Below, piece by piece: positions 38,413 to 49,691 of a stretch of 64,000 nt of DNA (within the stretch, counting starts at the first letter, position 1; the number at the start of each line of letters is the position of its first letter). Source of the stretch: a virus (lineage: Duplodnaviria > Caudoviricetes); the IMG/VR virus record IMGVR_UViG_3300002220_000322, positions 1-64,000 of that record; one strand, 5' to 3'. The notes beneath the pieces are model-generated. The model had not been told where the DNA came from and did no database searches. It worked only from the letters and a program-made list of their open reading frames with translations. Position numbers and translations under genes: made by a program.

Positions 38413-41400
38413 ATGGCATGTTATTATTATATAAAGTTGCCAAATGGTGGCGAGGTAAAAATCCTCGCTACCATTTCAACTATAACAAGTAAAGATGGTA
38501 AATTATATGAGGACTTTAATAAACAAATACAAAGTCATTATAGAGATCCAGAAAATAGTACTTTTATAGATTTTTTAAAAGAACAAAACCTAAATCTACA
38601 TGTAAATACTTTAAAAAGTATAATAGAAAACTCTAATAAAGATACTTTTTTAAATAATCTTAATGATAAAATTACAACTCAGTTAGGAACACAAGATTTA
38701 TCAAGTGCTTTAAAAAGATCTCTATGAGATAAAAATAAGAAAATAGAATATATAAATAATCAAGGAAGATCAAAGAATATAAGTTTAGGAGAATTTTTAA
38801 ATAAAATAAAATTTCCAATATCTAAAAAATATTTTGAAGGAATAAGTCCTACTAATTTAATAGGAATAAAAAGACTGAGCCAAATAAAACAAGATTTAGA
38901 TATATCTATATCAGAATTAAATTCTATAGGAATGGACTCTTCTTTAGTAGAGTCTTTAAAAAATATATTAAATAAGACTTTTTACCAAAAAGATAGGACA
39001 CAAGATATATTCTATAATATAAACTTTGATTCAGAAGTAAATGATTCTTTAGTAGTTTTACCAGAAGAAAGTAACTCCCCTATTATATTTTATAATGGAA
39101 TGAATGACATGTCTCTTTTTATGGGAACATTTAAATATCTTGGAACTAAATTATCTATTGAGGAGTTAGTAAATATTATAAATGATTATAATAAGGAACT
39201 AATAAATAAAGAAGGTAAGGAAAGTAAAAATATAATAGATACTAATAATTTAACAGTTAATGATTTTTTTATAGGTAGTTTTAAAGAAACTAATAAAGGA
39301 ATTGAGTTTAATGATCCTGAAATAAATAAAGTATTTAGATTCAAAAAAAATGCAGAAACTACTATAAACTCTATTATATCTTTAATTTCTTCTAAAATAT
39401 CTGATTCTGAAACAAATATAAAAAAATTAGAAAAAGACTTCAAACGCTTATTTAAATTTATAGATCCAGATAAATATGGTAAAGGGGTAGATTCTATTGA
39501 ACAAAGTATAATAAATAATTATGATATAGAACAAAAGGAAAATAAGCAACTTACTAATGAAATAAAAGCAAAGGATATATTAAGTTATATAAGTATAAAA
39601 AATAGAGATTATCATTACTCTAGGCCAATAGTCAAAAAGGGACTAGATAATGAAGAAGATATGTATACATATCTATTAAATAATGTATCTAAGAATAGAG
39701 ACTTACTATCTGTAACTATATTAAATAAAAATAAGTCTGTTTTTAATAAATTACTAGTACCTACAGAATTTCATATAATTTCTGGAGGAATAAGAGTAGT
39801 AGGATTCTATGAATCTGGTGGGGAGATTGTTTGAGAAAAAAGAGGATTTATATTTTTAAATAAAGGAGAAAGTGAAATATCTCATAGGCAACTCTTAGAG
39901 GAAAATCCTATAATATATACTACAAATGCTGAAGAACTATCAAGTGATAATTCTATAGTAATAATATCCCCAGAAGACGATTTTTTACCAAAAGAATTAG
40001 TAGCAGAGGCTTCAGTTAGAGGAGGAAGAATAGTTTTTAGTACAGAAAAAAGTCCAAATAAAGAAATAAGTTCAGTAATTAGGGGAGTATATCCAGGAGT
40101 TATAAAAGGAAATTCTATAAGAACAAAAGCCGGATCCTTGGAAGAAATATCAATATCTACGGAGAGAGTTAAAAGACTTAAGACTGATAAAAGTTTATTT
40201 GAAGACGAATTTACAGAAGGGGAAATAGATAGAATGTCTTTTCTAAGATCTTTGGATACTATAATTCCTACTAGAGACTTTATACCAGTAGAAAAGGGAG
40301 ATTATATAGAAACCACAGTAGAGAGAAATGATAAAAAAAGTAAATTATATAATAAAATAGTAGCAACTTCTGATAAGGATGTTTATATATTAATTAAAAC
40401 TTCTAAGGGAAATTATTCTGTAAAGCCTATAAATAAAAACTTAATATCTAAAATCTTTAAAAAGCCCATATCATTAGATATAGGTATAGTAAAAAAAGTA
40501 GGAAGTTTTCATAGAAAGGTTATAAATGATAAATCTATTTCTAAGGATAAGTTTTCTGCCATAGATTCTTATGAAGCGGCCAAGAAGGACGATTATTTAG
40601 TTAGTTATAGTAACGGAATTTATACTATATATAAAATAACTAATAAAGAAAATAGAGAAGGTATAGAAATTATATTAAAAAATGATGTAGAAATATCAAA
40701 AAAGTATTCTAGATTACCCGAAGAACTAAATAATTATTTTATAGTAACTAACAGAAATATATACTCAGAACATGCTATAGATATAGCTGAAAAAAATAAT
40801 ATATTTTTAACAACTGAAGTTAAGCAGGAAGAAAGTATAGAATATATACCTATACAGTATTTTGTGCCAAAAGATTATAAAATAGAGGATTTAACTATAT
40901 TAGGATCTGGAATTTCTTTAGAGGGTAAAATATATATGCCTAATATTAGTGATCCTATAGACGAGAAAATATATAAAGACATAACTAAAGATTTGGCTAA
41001 GTACTTAAATGAAAAAAGAAAGATAAAAGGAGAAGATAAATTATATATAAAGTCTAGAAATAATTATTATCTTAGATATAATGCCTCTTTGTATCAAACA
41101 GATTTTACTACTGACACTTCTTTTAAAGAGAAATATCTAAAAGAACATTCATTTGTTACTCTGAAAAATCCTAATAATCCAGATAAATCAGGATCTAAAA
41201 CATATAGAATTATAGGAAGGTCTGATACTATATTGACTTTAGAATATGCAGTTTTTAATGACGAAGGTAAGCTTCTATCTATACAAAAGAAGCTTGATTT
41301 ATCTAAAGAAGAAGATAAAAATAGCATTAAATGACTATATGTAATGAAAGGAAGCATTAGTCATAAGGAAATGACTGCTAGAATAAAAGAAAAAGAGTTA

Positions 41401-42090
41401 TCTAGCCAACCAAAAACTAAGGAAGTCATAAAAGAGAGAAAAGAACTTTTATCTTCTATCTCTCAGCAATTTATGAATATATTTAAAGTACCTTCTACAA
41501 TAGTGTCTAATATAGGAAAGCCTGAATTATCTAAGAAAAAAGCATGAATTCAAGCAAGTACAGATAATAAACCTATAATTTACCTTAATTTTGATAATAA
41601 AAACACAGACGAACATGATGTAGTACATGAATACTTGCATTTATTCTTAATGCCCCTAAAGTATAAAGAATTAGGAACTGGAGAGATAAATCTATACGAG
41701 GATTTAATGTTAAAATATAAAGAAAGTTATAAAGATAAAAAAGAAGGCAAAGACAAAGACTTTATATTAAACTCAAATGATTGGTCTAAGATAGAAGAAT
41801 ATTTTGTAAGAGATGTATCTAAAGCTATAGTAGAGGGAGGAATAGAAGGAGTTATAGATTACGGAACTTTTGTAAAGGCGTTTAATGAATCTTTATACTC
41901 TCTTGGTATAGAAGATTTATCTATAGATACTACTAATTTAGTATCATTATTAACTACTAGAATGTCTGAGATATTTAAAGGTACTAAAAGTAAATTAGCA
42001 AAAAGCGAATTAATATTATTTGATGCTAATTTTAGAGAGTGACTATCTAATAATCTTTCTAATGGAAAGTTAAAAATAAATTGCGAATAA
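38413..42090 (+). CDS. Giant virion protein with C-terminal zincin-like metallopeptidase motif, 1225 aa (5 TGA=Trp)
   Basis: Single frame. KA(W)IQ...IIYLN...VVHEYLH (HExxH at 41626-41640), with downstream EEYFV as candidate third ligand. Starts MAC, ends INCE. Confidence 0.72.
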
Positions 42091-42091
42091 T

Positions 42092-45000
42092 ATGGCATGT
42101 GAATATGAAATAGCCGGAGTTAAAAATAGTTTAAATTTTGGAGAAGTAATAAAATATTATTATAAATCTACTGGGTTACTCGCTAATACTAATATATTTA
42201 GTAGTGAGGAAATAGTAGCCAGTGTTTATAGTAGAATACAAAAACAATTAGATAAACAAAATTTAAAACAAGAAGTATCAGATGATAAAGAAGTATTATC
42301 TAAGGGCAAAGGTAAGGTGGCTGTATTAGATTATATTACAAGTCAAAATAATACTGATGTATATAAAAAAATAGGGTTAGATAAAGATAGACTAGTACCA
42401 GAATATAATAAGGATAATTATATATTAAATGAGACTAAAAGAAGGATAAGACAGGATGGTTTTCCTGCTCCTGAAAAAGACTCTTTAAAAGATATTTTGG
42501 AAAAATATCCACAGGCTTCTAAATATGTATCTGAAATAGAAGAAGAAATATTTATAGGAGAACAAACTAAGAATCTAAGTTTAGGTATCCATAATATACT
42601 AGCTAGGATATTTAGAGAAGAAGGAGAAGTTAGTGATTATACCAGAGGAATGCTTCGTAAATTAATAATAGACAATCAAGATTATTTACATGGAGATATT
42701 GATTTATGAGTAGATAAATTTATTTCTATATTTGATAATTTATATGAAAAGATAACTGCCAAAGGAGAGAGAGTATTAACTGAAGTAGTATTAGAATCAG
42801 AAGAAGCTGCCCTAGCCCAAGTAAGGGGTAAAATAGATATACTAACCATTGATAGTTCTGGAAGAACTCATATATATGATATAAAACTATCAAAAGACCT
42901 ATATGAAGATTGAAGCTCAGAAAGAATTTTACAAACTGATTATCAATTAGCTTTTTATAGAGCATTATTAGGACAATATGTAAAAACTGACGATGCAACT
43001 CTAAATATAATACCTATTAGATTAGGAGGACTAAATGCAGATAAAAAAATAGATGTAAATAATCTAGTATTGGATAAGATAGTAGATAGACTTTCACAAG
43101 AGGGGGGTAAAGGATTATTAGTAACAGGAAGGATTTATAAAACAGCTAGATTATTAATACCCAGTACTACTGAACTATTTTATGATCCAGAAAAGATAGA
43201 AGAAGTTAAATCAGATCTATCTCTTATATTTAAAGACTATAATATAAAAACCTCTGGAAGTGATTATGATGTAGAAACTTTGCTGGATAAAGCAGTAAAG
43301 CAACAAGGAATAACTATGTTTCTAGAAGGATTTGAAGATCCTAGAGCACATATAAGAAATAATAGATTATTTATAGATCATAAAGTAGGGGATAGATATA
43401 AGACGGAAGAAGAATTAAGGATAGAATATAGACCTATAATAGAAAAGTATGTAGCCTTTGCAAAAATGTCAGAAAACAATAATGTATCTCAGTTAATGCA
43501 AAAAATAATATCTTCTATTGATAAAAATGGGGAAACAATACAGATGATGAATCCAAGAGATCAAATTATAGTAAATAATATAGCTCATCAATATATAAAT
43601 GGAGATTATGATGTAGTCAGAGGTTCAGATGAGTTAGTTTCTTTAGGTATTATATTATTAAGAAATAAAAAATATGGATCCTATGTACTATTAAATATAT
43701 CTTCCCATAATCAAAAGGATAATTATGATAATAAATGGTTATATAGAGATGTAGATTTTATAAAAGCAATGGCTTTTTTAAATAGATACCATAAAGACCT
43801 AGACTTAGATTTTAATAAAGTACAAGACATAATAACTTATAATCCTTTAGAAAACCAAATATTTTATAAACACCTAGAGTCTGGTTTTAGAGAATTTGAT
43901 GTTCTTATGAAAGAACATGGCCTAACTTTAAATTTAAAAAATTCACATATATTGCCAGCAGAAAAGAAAGCTTCTATAGAAATTAGGGAAGCGCAAAGAT
44001 ATATATCTAATAAATTGTCAGAGGGAGACAAGGCTTCACTAAAATCAATACTTGATAAATATTCTGAGCAAATAGAAGACTTGACAGTAGAAAGACTGAA
44101 AAATATGGTTAAAGATTTTATAAAAGCTTTTCCTAATTTAGAAAAAAAATCTTTTGAGTCAGGATTTGACTTTAATAATCATATAGAATATCTATTCGGA
44201 ATGATTAATACACTACTTCTAATAAAAGCTGAACAAATTCCTATGGGAGATTATACTGGATTAAATAATTTTAATATTAATTTTTCAAGTATATATGATA
44301 TATTTTCTGGCTTCTTTAAGAATACTAGAGAATACGACGCAAAAGAAAAAAGAATATTATCTTTTATGGATGGTTTAAAAATGGCTACCCCAGATAGAAT
44401 AGGATCTAAAGATTTACAGAATATAAATATAATGTTATCTGGTACTAACTCTTTTATTAGACAAAGTTTTTATAAACAATCTACTATCATATCTGGACTA
44501 ACCAGGAAATATTATGATTCTATAAACTATACTAATTGAGAACAAAACTGAGTAGGAGATCATAGAACAAAGTTTCAAAATATGTGATTTAAAACTAGTA
44601 ATGGCAACATTTCTATGGAATGGAGAACTAAAAATCCATATTCAGATTCTTTGGAGGATAGTATGACTGAATCGGAAAAAGAATATTTAAAAGGTATTCT
44701 CTTTGAAATGAATAAAAGAAAGTTAAATATTCCTAAATCAGAGTTAGATAAAGCAAATATAACTACTCTGGAAAGCATGGAAAAAACTATGCCAAGTACT
44801 TATCAGAAAATAGTTAAAATGATTGCTGATAAGACATATTTTAAAATGCCCTTAGTTAGATCTCAACAAATAGGAAGACATACTTCAGTAATAAGAAAGG
44901 GATATGCTCATGCTGTTGATGTTTATAAACAAGAAATGTATAATTCAATAGACTCAAGAGAATTAGAATCTGATGAAATAAGGAGTCTAAAAGAAAGATT

Positions 45001-46735
45001 GGGATATTATGAAATGTATAATATTTATGATAGACAGACAGATAAGTTTAAAGAAGAGGCTATAGAAACCAAAGGGATAGATTATTTTGAGTTAGATTTA
45101 GACGCTATAAGTCATAGACTTACTTTTAATCAAATAAGAAAAGCTCATTTAGACAACATTCTTCCTGTTATAAATGCTTATACGTGATGGATGAAAGTAC
45201 AATCTGGAAAAGCAGGGGAGGATATATCAAAAGAGCTAGAACATGTAAAAAATAGAATAAAATTAGCTGCAGCAGATGAGTCTATAATAGACCCAGAAGC
45301 AGAAGATGTAGTACAGGCAGCTACGGTTGTTAAAAAAATAACTACTGCTGGTATGTTGGCTTTTAGACCAGCTCTATTTTTAAAAGAGATGACTATAGGA
45401 CTTTATAAGGGATCTATGCTAGCATTTACTAAAATATACGGAGGAGAAGAACAATTTACTATATCAGATTTAGGAAAAGCATTAGGAAAACTAGCAACTA
45501 TAGATAAAAAATTTGCTAGAGAATGAAATATGATTGATGGAATAAATAATGAATATGGTTTTGCGAATAGAGACGTAAACTCCTTAGCCCCAAGACTTCA
45601 AAGTAATAGAAGGGGTCTACATATGGGCTTAGGTCCGTGAATGTATATTATGAATACTGTTCCAGATTATTATAATAGATTAGCATTGCTTTTAGCTAAA
45701 ATGATACATGATGGTTCTTATGATGCTCATGGATTAGACAAAGACGGATATTTGACTTATGATCCTAAGAAAGATAAAAGATTTTCTTATTATTTTGAAG
45801 TTAGAGATAAGTATAAAGCTGAAGAAGGAAGTGTTGTTAAGTATAAGTCTTCTAATGCAGATAAATTATATAATAAACAAAAAAGCTTATATAATCTCCT
45901 AACAGACCAACTAAACTCTGAAAGAATAAGAATGGGATATGAAAAGTTTAGTGAAGGAGATATTGTAGATAAAGCTTATTCTGAATTAGAAAGATCAAGT
46001 TATAAATCTTTTGTAGACGGTGTTTATGGATATTATGATGTGGATTCTCAATCTGAAATACATAAAACATGGTATGGAATTTTATATTTACAATTTTTAC
46101 AATTCTGGCCAGGTAAAATGAATATGTGATTTGCTAGCTCTAAGAAGAAGGGAGTAACTCCTACCGGAAGATTTGAACAAATGAGTAAAGAAATTGATGG
46201 GAAAAAAGTTTTACTTTGAAGAAGAGAAGTTATAGACGAGGAAACTGGAAAAATTACTGGTTTTGAAATTACTGAAGAAGATACTGGAGACCCTGCATAT
46301 GAATGAGTAGGTACACCGCAAGAAGGATTGGCTATTGCCCTAATGATGACAGCTAAAGATATAGTCACTTTTAATTGAAGTAACATAAAATCTGATGATT
46401 TAAGAACTAGAAGAGCTTTATATGGACTTTCTGATGGCTTATTAATGCTTATATTTTTTGCTATTATTTCTAATTTATTGAAAGCATATAGAGAAGAAAA
46501 TGGGGATGATGGTATAGACGGAGAAACTATAAGATTTATAGATGCTGTCAATGATAAAATATTAAATGAAGCTAATATTTTAGATAATACTTTTGGGGCA
46601 CTAAGATCTAAACCTGCTTTTTGAACTTATAGTACCAGAGTAGCTGGTAATGTAATAGATGTAATAGAGGGAGACAGAACAGCAAAACAAGCTTTAGCTA
46701 AAAATATAAGAGCATTTGAATTTTTAGAAGAATAA
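42092..46735 (+). CDS. Giant virion protein with N-terminal PD-(D/E)xK nuclease domain and C-terminal hydrophobic helix, 1547 aa (13 TGA=Trp)
   Basis: Single frame to TAA 46733. LGIH...TE...RGKIDIL...IYDIK...YQLAFY lies in a stretch missed by the ORF track. Also E(W)VGTPQEG and GLLMLIFFAIISNLL. Starts MAC. Confidence 0.72.
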
Positions 46736-46787
46736 AAAAAAATAGGGGAGCCCCAGCATATAGCCGAGACTCCCCATTTTTGTTTAT
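46734..46787. terminator. Probable bidirectional terminator between the convergent late and early blocks
   Basis: A tract, then a GGGGAG...CTCCCC imperfect hairpin, then a T tract, between two converging stop codons. Confidence 0.7.
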
Positions 46788-47057
46788 TTATTCATCATAT
46801 ACGTCCATTCGTAGGACTTGTTTTGTATTTAGATCTATAACTGATACTAATTGTAATTTTAAATTATCTGATGCTTGTTTAATAGCATAGTTTATATCGA
46901 AAACTCCCATAGAAATTAATTTCTTTATTTCAGTTAGTTGTTCTGCAGTTAAATCTTTATTTTTAGTATCTTTTATATAACCTATTAAAAACTCATTCAA
47001 TTCATTATCATTTATTTGTCCGGTTTTTAGTATTTTCTTAACTATATCTCTATACAT
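46788..47057 (-). CDS. Hypothetical protein
   Basis: 89 aa ORF overlapping the upstream gene in an operon-like chain. Confidence 0.65.
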   Translation of the reverse strand: MYRDIVKKILKTGQINDNELNEFLIGYIKDTKNKDLTAEQLTEIKKLISMGVFDINYAIKQASDNLKLQLVSVIDLNTKQVLRMDVYDE

Positions 47058-47466
47058 ATTTTTTCTGTATTATAACTTCATAATTCTTAATATTAACTTG
47101 TATAAGAGATATTTCAAGCTCAGACATAGTATTTATAGGTTCTTTAAGAACATATTTTATATTATCCATTATTTTTCTAATATCTTGTGGAGATACAACG
47201 AGAGATATACTTTTTTTATGTTTAAAATAATACCATTCTTGTTTGTTATCTCCTTCATATTCACCTTCCCCAATAATTTTAAGAGTCTTTTTATCTACAG
47301 CCCAGGTAATTTCTCCTTCATATATATCTACATCATCATCTGAAGTAAATTTAAAATTGGCATATAAATATGGATATAAGTTAGCTACTTCTTCTGGAAG
47401 TTCAATAATAGAACCTACCTTTTCACTGTTAGGAAACTCATTAATTAATTTATATTTTTTTAACAT
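47050..47466 (-). CDS. Hypothetical protein
   Basis: 138 aa ORF, tightly packed, ends TAG. Confidence 0.65.
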   Translation of the reverse strand: MLKKYKLINEFPNSEKVGSIIELPEEVANLYPYLYANFKFTSDDDVDIYEGEITWAVDKKTLKIIGEGEYEGDNKQEWYYFKHKKSISLVVSPQDIRKIMDNIKYVLKEPINTMSELEISLIQVNIKNYEVIIQKKYV

Positions 47467-47467
47467 A

Positions 47468-48079
47468 TTAAGGTATATATAAATTTGTTGGATTGTTTCT
47501 ATGAATTTCTACTTCTGGATATCTTTTTACGAATTCTCTTGTATCAAAAGGCTTTGTAATTAAGTGATATCCTACTTTAGTTGGTAATACAGCTAAAATT
47601 TTAGAAGGAGAACCAAATAAGGTATGTTTTTCTATAGGCTCACATTCTAAATTTATAAACGACATCATAATAGGACTAATTTCTTTAGAATCTACGTCTA
47701 AAATCCAAATTCTATCATCGGTATTAGCTACTCCACATGCTGTATTATATGCTGTTGCAACATTATGAAAGTTTCTATTATGTAATTGCTCAGATATTTT
47801 CTTAAGAGTATTAAAGGCGGTTTTATAAAAACTTCTTTTATTTAAGTTTATTCCAACTCTAGCATTAAATATATTTGCCAAAGCAATCATTTCCTCTTTA
47901 TATTTTTCTAATTGTTCGACAGATTTAATATAATAAGCTTTAATTAACCTATTATTGTTATTAGTTCCTTTTATAACTCCTGGATTATCTTTTTTTCTTT
48001 GTAAAATTTGAACAAAGTAAAAATCATCCTCTGATTCAAACTTTAATAATTTTTTTATTAGATTAAAATTATCAACCAT
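47468..48079 (-). CDS. Conserved phage protein, possible archaeo-eukaryotic primase (AEP)-like fold
   Basis: 203 aa. WILDVD (hhhDxD) and PTKVGYHLI (TxxGxH) resemble AEP motifs I and II. Function is inferred. Confidence 0.45.
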   Translation of the reverse strand: MVDNFNLIKKLLKFESEDDFYFVQILQRKKDNPGVIKGTNNNNRLIKAYYIKSVEQLEKYKEEMIALANIFNARVGINLNKRSFYKTAFNTLKKISEQLHNRNFHNVATAYNTACGVANTDDRIWILDVDSKEISPIMMSFINLECEPIEKHTLFGSPSKILAVLPTKVGYHLITKPFDTREFVKRYPEVEIHRNNPTNLYIP

Positions 48080-48333
48080 TACATATATTTTTCGAGGATT
48101 CTAACAATAGCGGCTTTTACTTTATATCCATAAAAATCTTCTTTCTTTTCTCCGTCTACCTCAATAATTACATAAGGTACAGCCTTAATTCCAGGATTTA
48201 ACTCTGGATTTTTTTCTATATCTATTTTTTCAACAACAACATTTTCATATTCTTGTTCTATCTCTTTAAGCACTGAGGCTAAGTTTTTACATGGGGCGCA
48301 CCATGTAGTATAATAGTCAATGATTTTTATCAT
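48079..48333 (-). CDS. trx: Thioredoxin
   Basis: WCAPC active site and a cis-Pro-type AVP motif; 84 aa. Confidence 0.9.
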   Translation of the reverse strand: MIKIIDYYTTWCAPCKNLASVLKEIEQEYENVVVEKIDIEKNPELNPGIKAVPYVIIEVDGEKKEDFYGYKVKAAIVRILEKYM

Positions 48334-49010
48334 ATATTTAATATTAAAGGTTCTTCCATATAATCTAGGTAATCACAAAACCATACAGTAGAATGTCTAG
48401 TATGTAATTTAACTAATTTTTTTACATGAGTGTGTCCTACTATTTGAGTATATCCTTTTAAAGGTTTTTTCAATTCCTCCTTATCACACCAAAAGATGCC
48501 CCCGATAGGAAAACTTCCCCACCTTCTATACCCAACTTGGTTTAGAGCGATATCTTGATTTCTATCTTTTGGGTTATTTAATTGGTCTGCTATATTACTT
48601 TGAATATCTCCTTTAAAATAATGAGTAAACCAATAATCTTGAATACCAGCATGAGTAAAAATATACTTTCCTTTCTGGAAAGCATTTTGAAAAAGGCTTT
48701 TATTCTCTTGAAAAATGTCATGTACATCAAAACTTATTTCATGGCGCATACCAGAACACGAAAAATTCTTTTCTCCCAATCTTAAATATGCTATGTCGTG
48801 ATTACCTAATAGAGTAATAACTTTATCTTTATTATCTAGTTTAAATTGAATAATATCATTTAAGTTATTAATCATCTCAATATTTGAATGTGTAAAAGAA
48901 TCTACATAATCCCCTAAAAAAACTATTAAATCACTGGTTTCTTGTATAAATTTTTTCCAAATATTTTTACAGTGAATATCTGGTATAACATTAATTTTAA
49001 AATTATTCAT
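48330..49010 (-). CDS. Calcineurin-like metallophosphoesterase
   Basis: DIH, GDYVD, GNHD, THAG and GHT motifs. Ends TGA immediately followed by TAA. Confidence 0.88.
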   Translation of the reverse strand: MNNFKINVIPDIHCKNIWKKFIQETSDLIVFLGDYVDSFTHSNIEMINNLNDIIQFKLDNKDKVITLLGNHDIAYLRLGEKNFSCSGMRHEISFDVHDIFQENKSLFQNAFQKGKYIFTHAGIQDYWFTHYFKGDIQSNIADQLNNPKDRNQDIALNQVGYRRWGSFPIGGIFWCDKEELKKPLKGYTQIVGHTHVKKLVKLHTRHSTVWFCDYLDYMEEPLILNI

Positions 49011-49065
49011 TTTTATTCATTTTAAAGAAGTATTTTTTTAGTAATGGATTATATTAACTTTATAT

Positions 49066-49112
49066 AAAAAATACCCCTACAGCCCTATATGGATGTGGTA
49101 GGGGTATTTTTT
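49066..49112. terminator. Bidirectional-type terminator hairpin
   Basis: Perfect 15-bp inverted repeat AAAAAATACCCCTAC / GTAGGGGTATTTTTT. Confidence 0.8.
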
Positions 49113-49113
49113 A

Positions 49114-49287
49114 TTAATATTTGTCTTTTGAATTAATATTAAAAAATTCTGAGTATTTAAATATAATTCTAAAAGTAGTAATTATTATTCCTAAGAAACC
49201 AATTATAAACAATTCTACAGTTCCAATAAATATAGCAATTATACTTATAATATAGAATATAAGCCATAGAATTAATCCTATTTTCAT
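49114..49287 (-). CDS. Small membrane protein (57 aa, not in ORF track)
   Basis: MKIGLILWLIFYIISIIAIFIGTVELFIIGFLGIIITTFRIIFKYSEFFNINSKDKY. Fills the gap between the upstream stop and the terminator. Confidence 0.6.
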   Translation of the reverse strand: MKIGLILWLIFYIISIIAIFIGTVELFIIGFLGIIITTFRIIFKYSEFFNINSKDKY

Positions 49288-49288
49288 A

Positions 49289-49525
49289 TTAAGTTAAACT
49301 CCATTCATTTTTAATACAATATAATATAGAAATTACTGCTATTTCTTCTACATTATTTTGATCTGTAGGAGATAATCTTTTATGTATAGAATCTATAAAT
49401 TCTTCTGGAGAATTACACAACTCTTCAAATAAAATATTACCATGTATCTCGTAAAGTTCTTTAAGTACGTTAGATAAATTATCAGTTAGTAAGTTTACTA
49501 ACCAATTAAATTTAGTTTTGTTCAC
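49289..49525 (-). CDS. Hypothetical protein (GTG start)
   Basis: 78 aa ORF in the packed minus-strand chain. Confidence 0.55.
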   Translation of the reverse strand: MNKTKFNWLVNLLTDNLSNVLKELYEIHGNILFEELCNSPEEFIDSIHKRLSPTDQNNVEEIAVISILYCIKNEWSLT

Positions 49526-49685
49526 TGTTTTTTAATTTTTTTATGTTTTCTCTATTTATAGCTATATCTAATTTATTAGAAAGAATATTCTTTTTGTTTT
49601 TAATAGCTGTAAATAAAGCTTTAAAACTAACTACTGTATCTAATACTAAAAGTATTAAAATTAAAATCAACATCCAAAGTTCCAT
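49512..49685 (-). CDS. Small protein with N-terminal TM helix (57 aa, not in ORF track)
   Basis: MELWMLILILILLVLDTVVSFKALFTAIKNKK...; ATG just after the upstream stop. Confidence 0.55.
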   Translation of the reverse strand: MELWMLILILILLVLDTVVSFKALFTAIKNKKNILSNKLDIAINRENIKKLKNSEQN

Positions 49686-49691
49686 AACTTT

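Noticed and set aside
2968-46735. Mass pseudogenisation or sequencing error as the cause of ORF fragmentation
   Set aside because: All internal breaks are TGA in a constant frame, never TAA/TAG or frameshifts (except at the intron), and they fall on conserved Trp positions.
48079-48333. Thioredoxin as a dedicated partner of the proposed cysteine chain
   Set aside because: Thioredoxins are common in phage nucleotide-metabolism blocks, and nothing in the sequence links this one to the cargo proteins.
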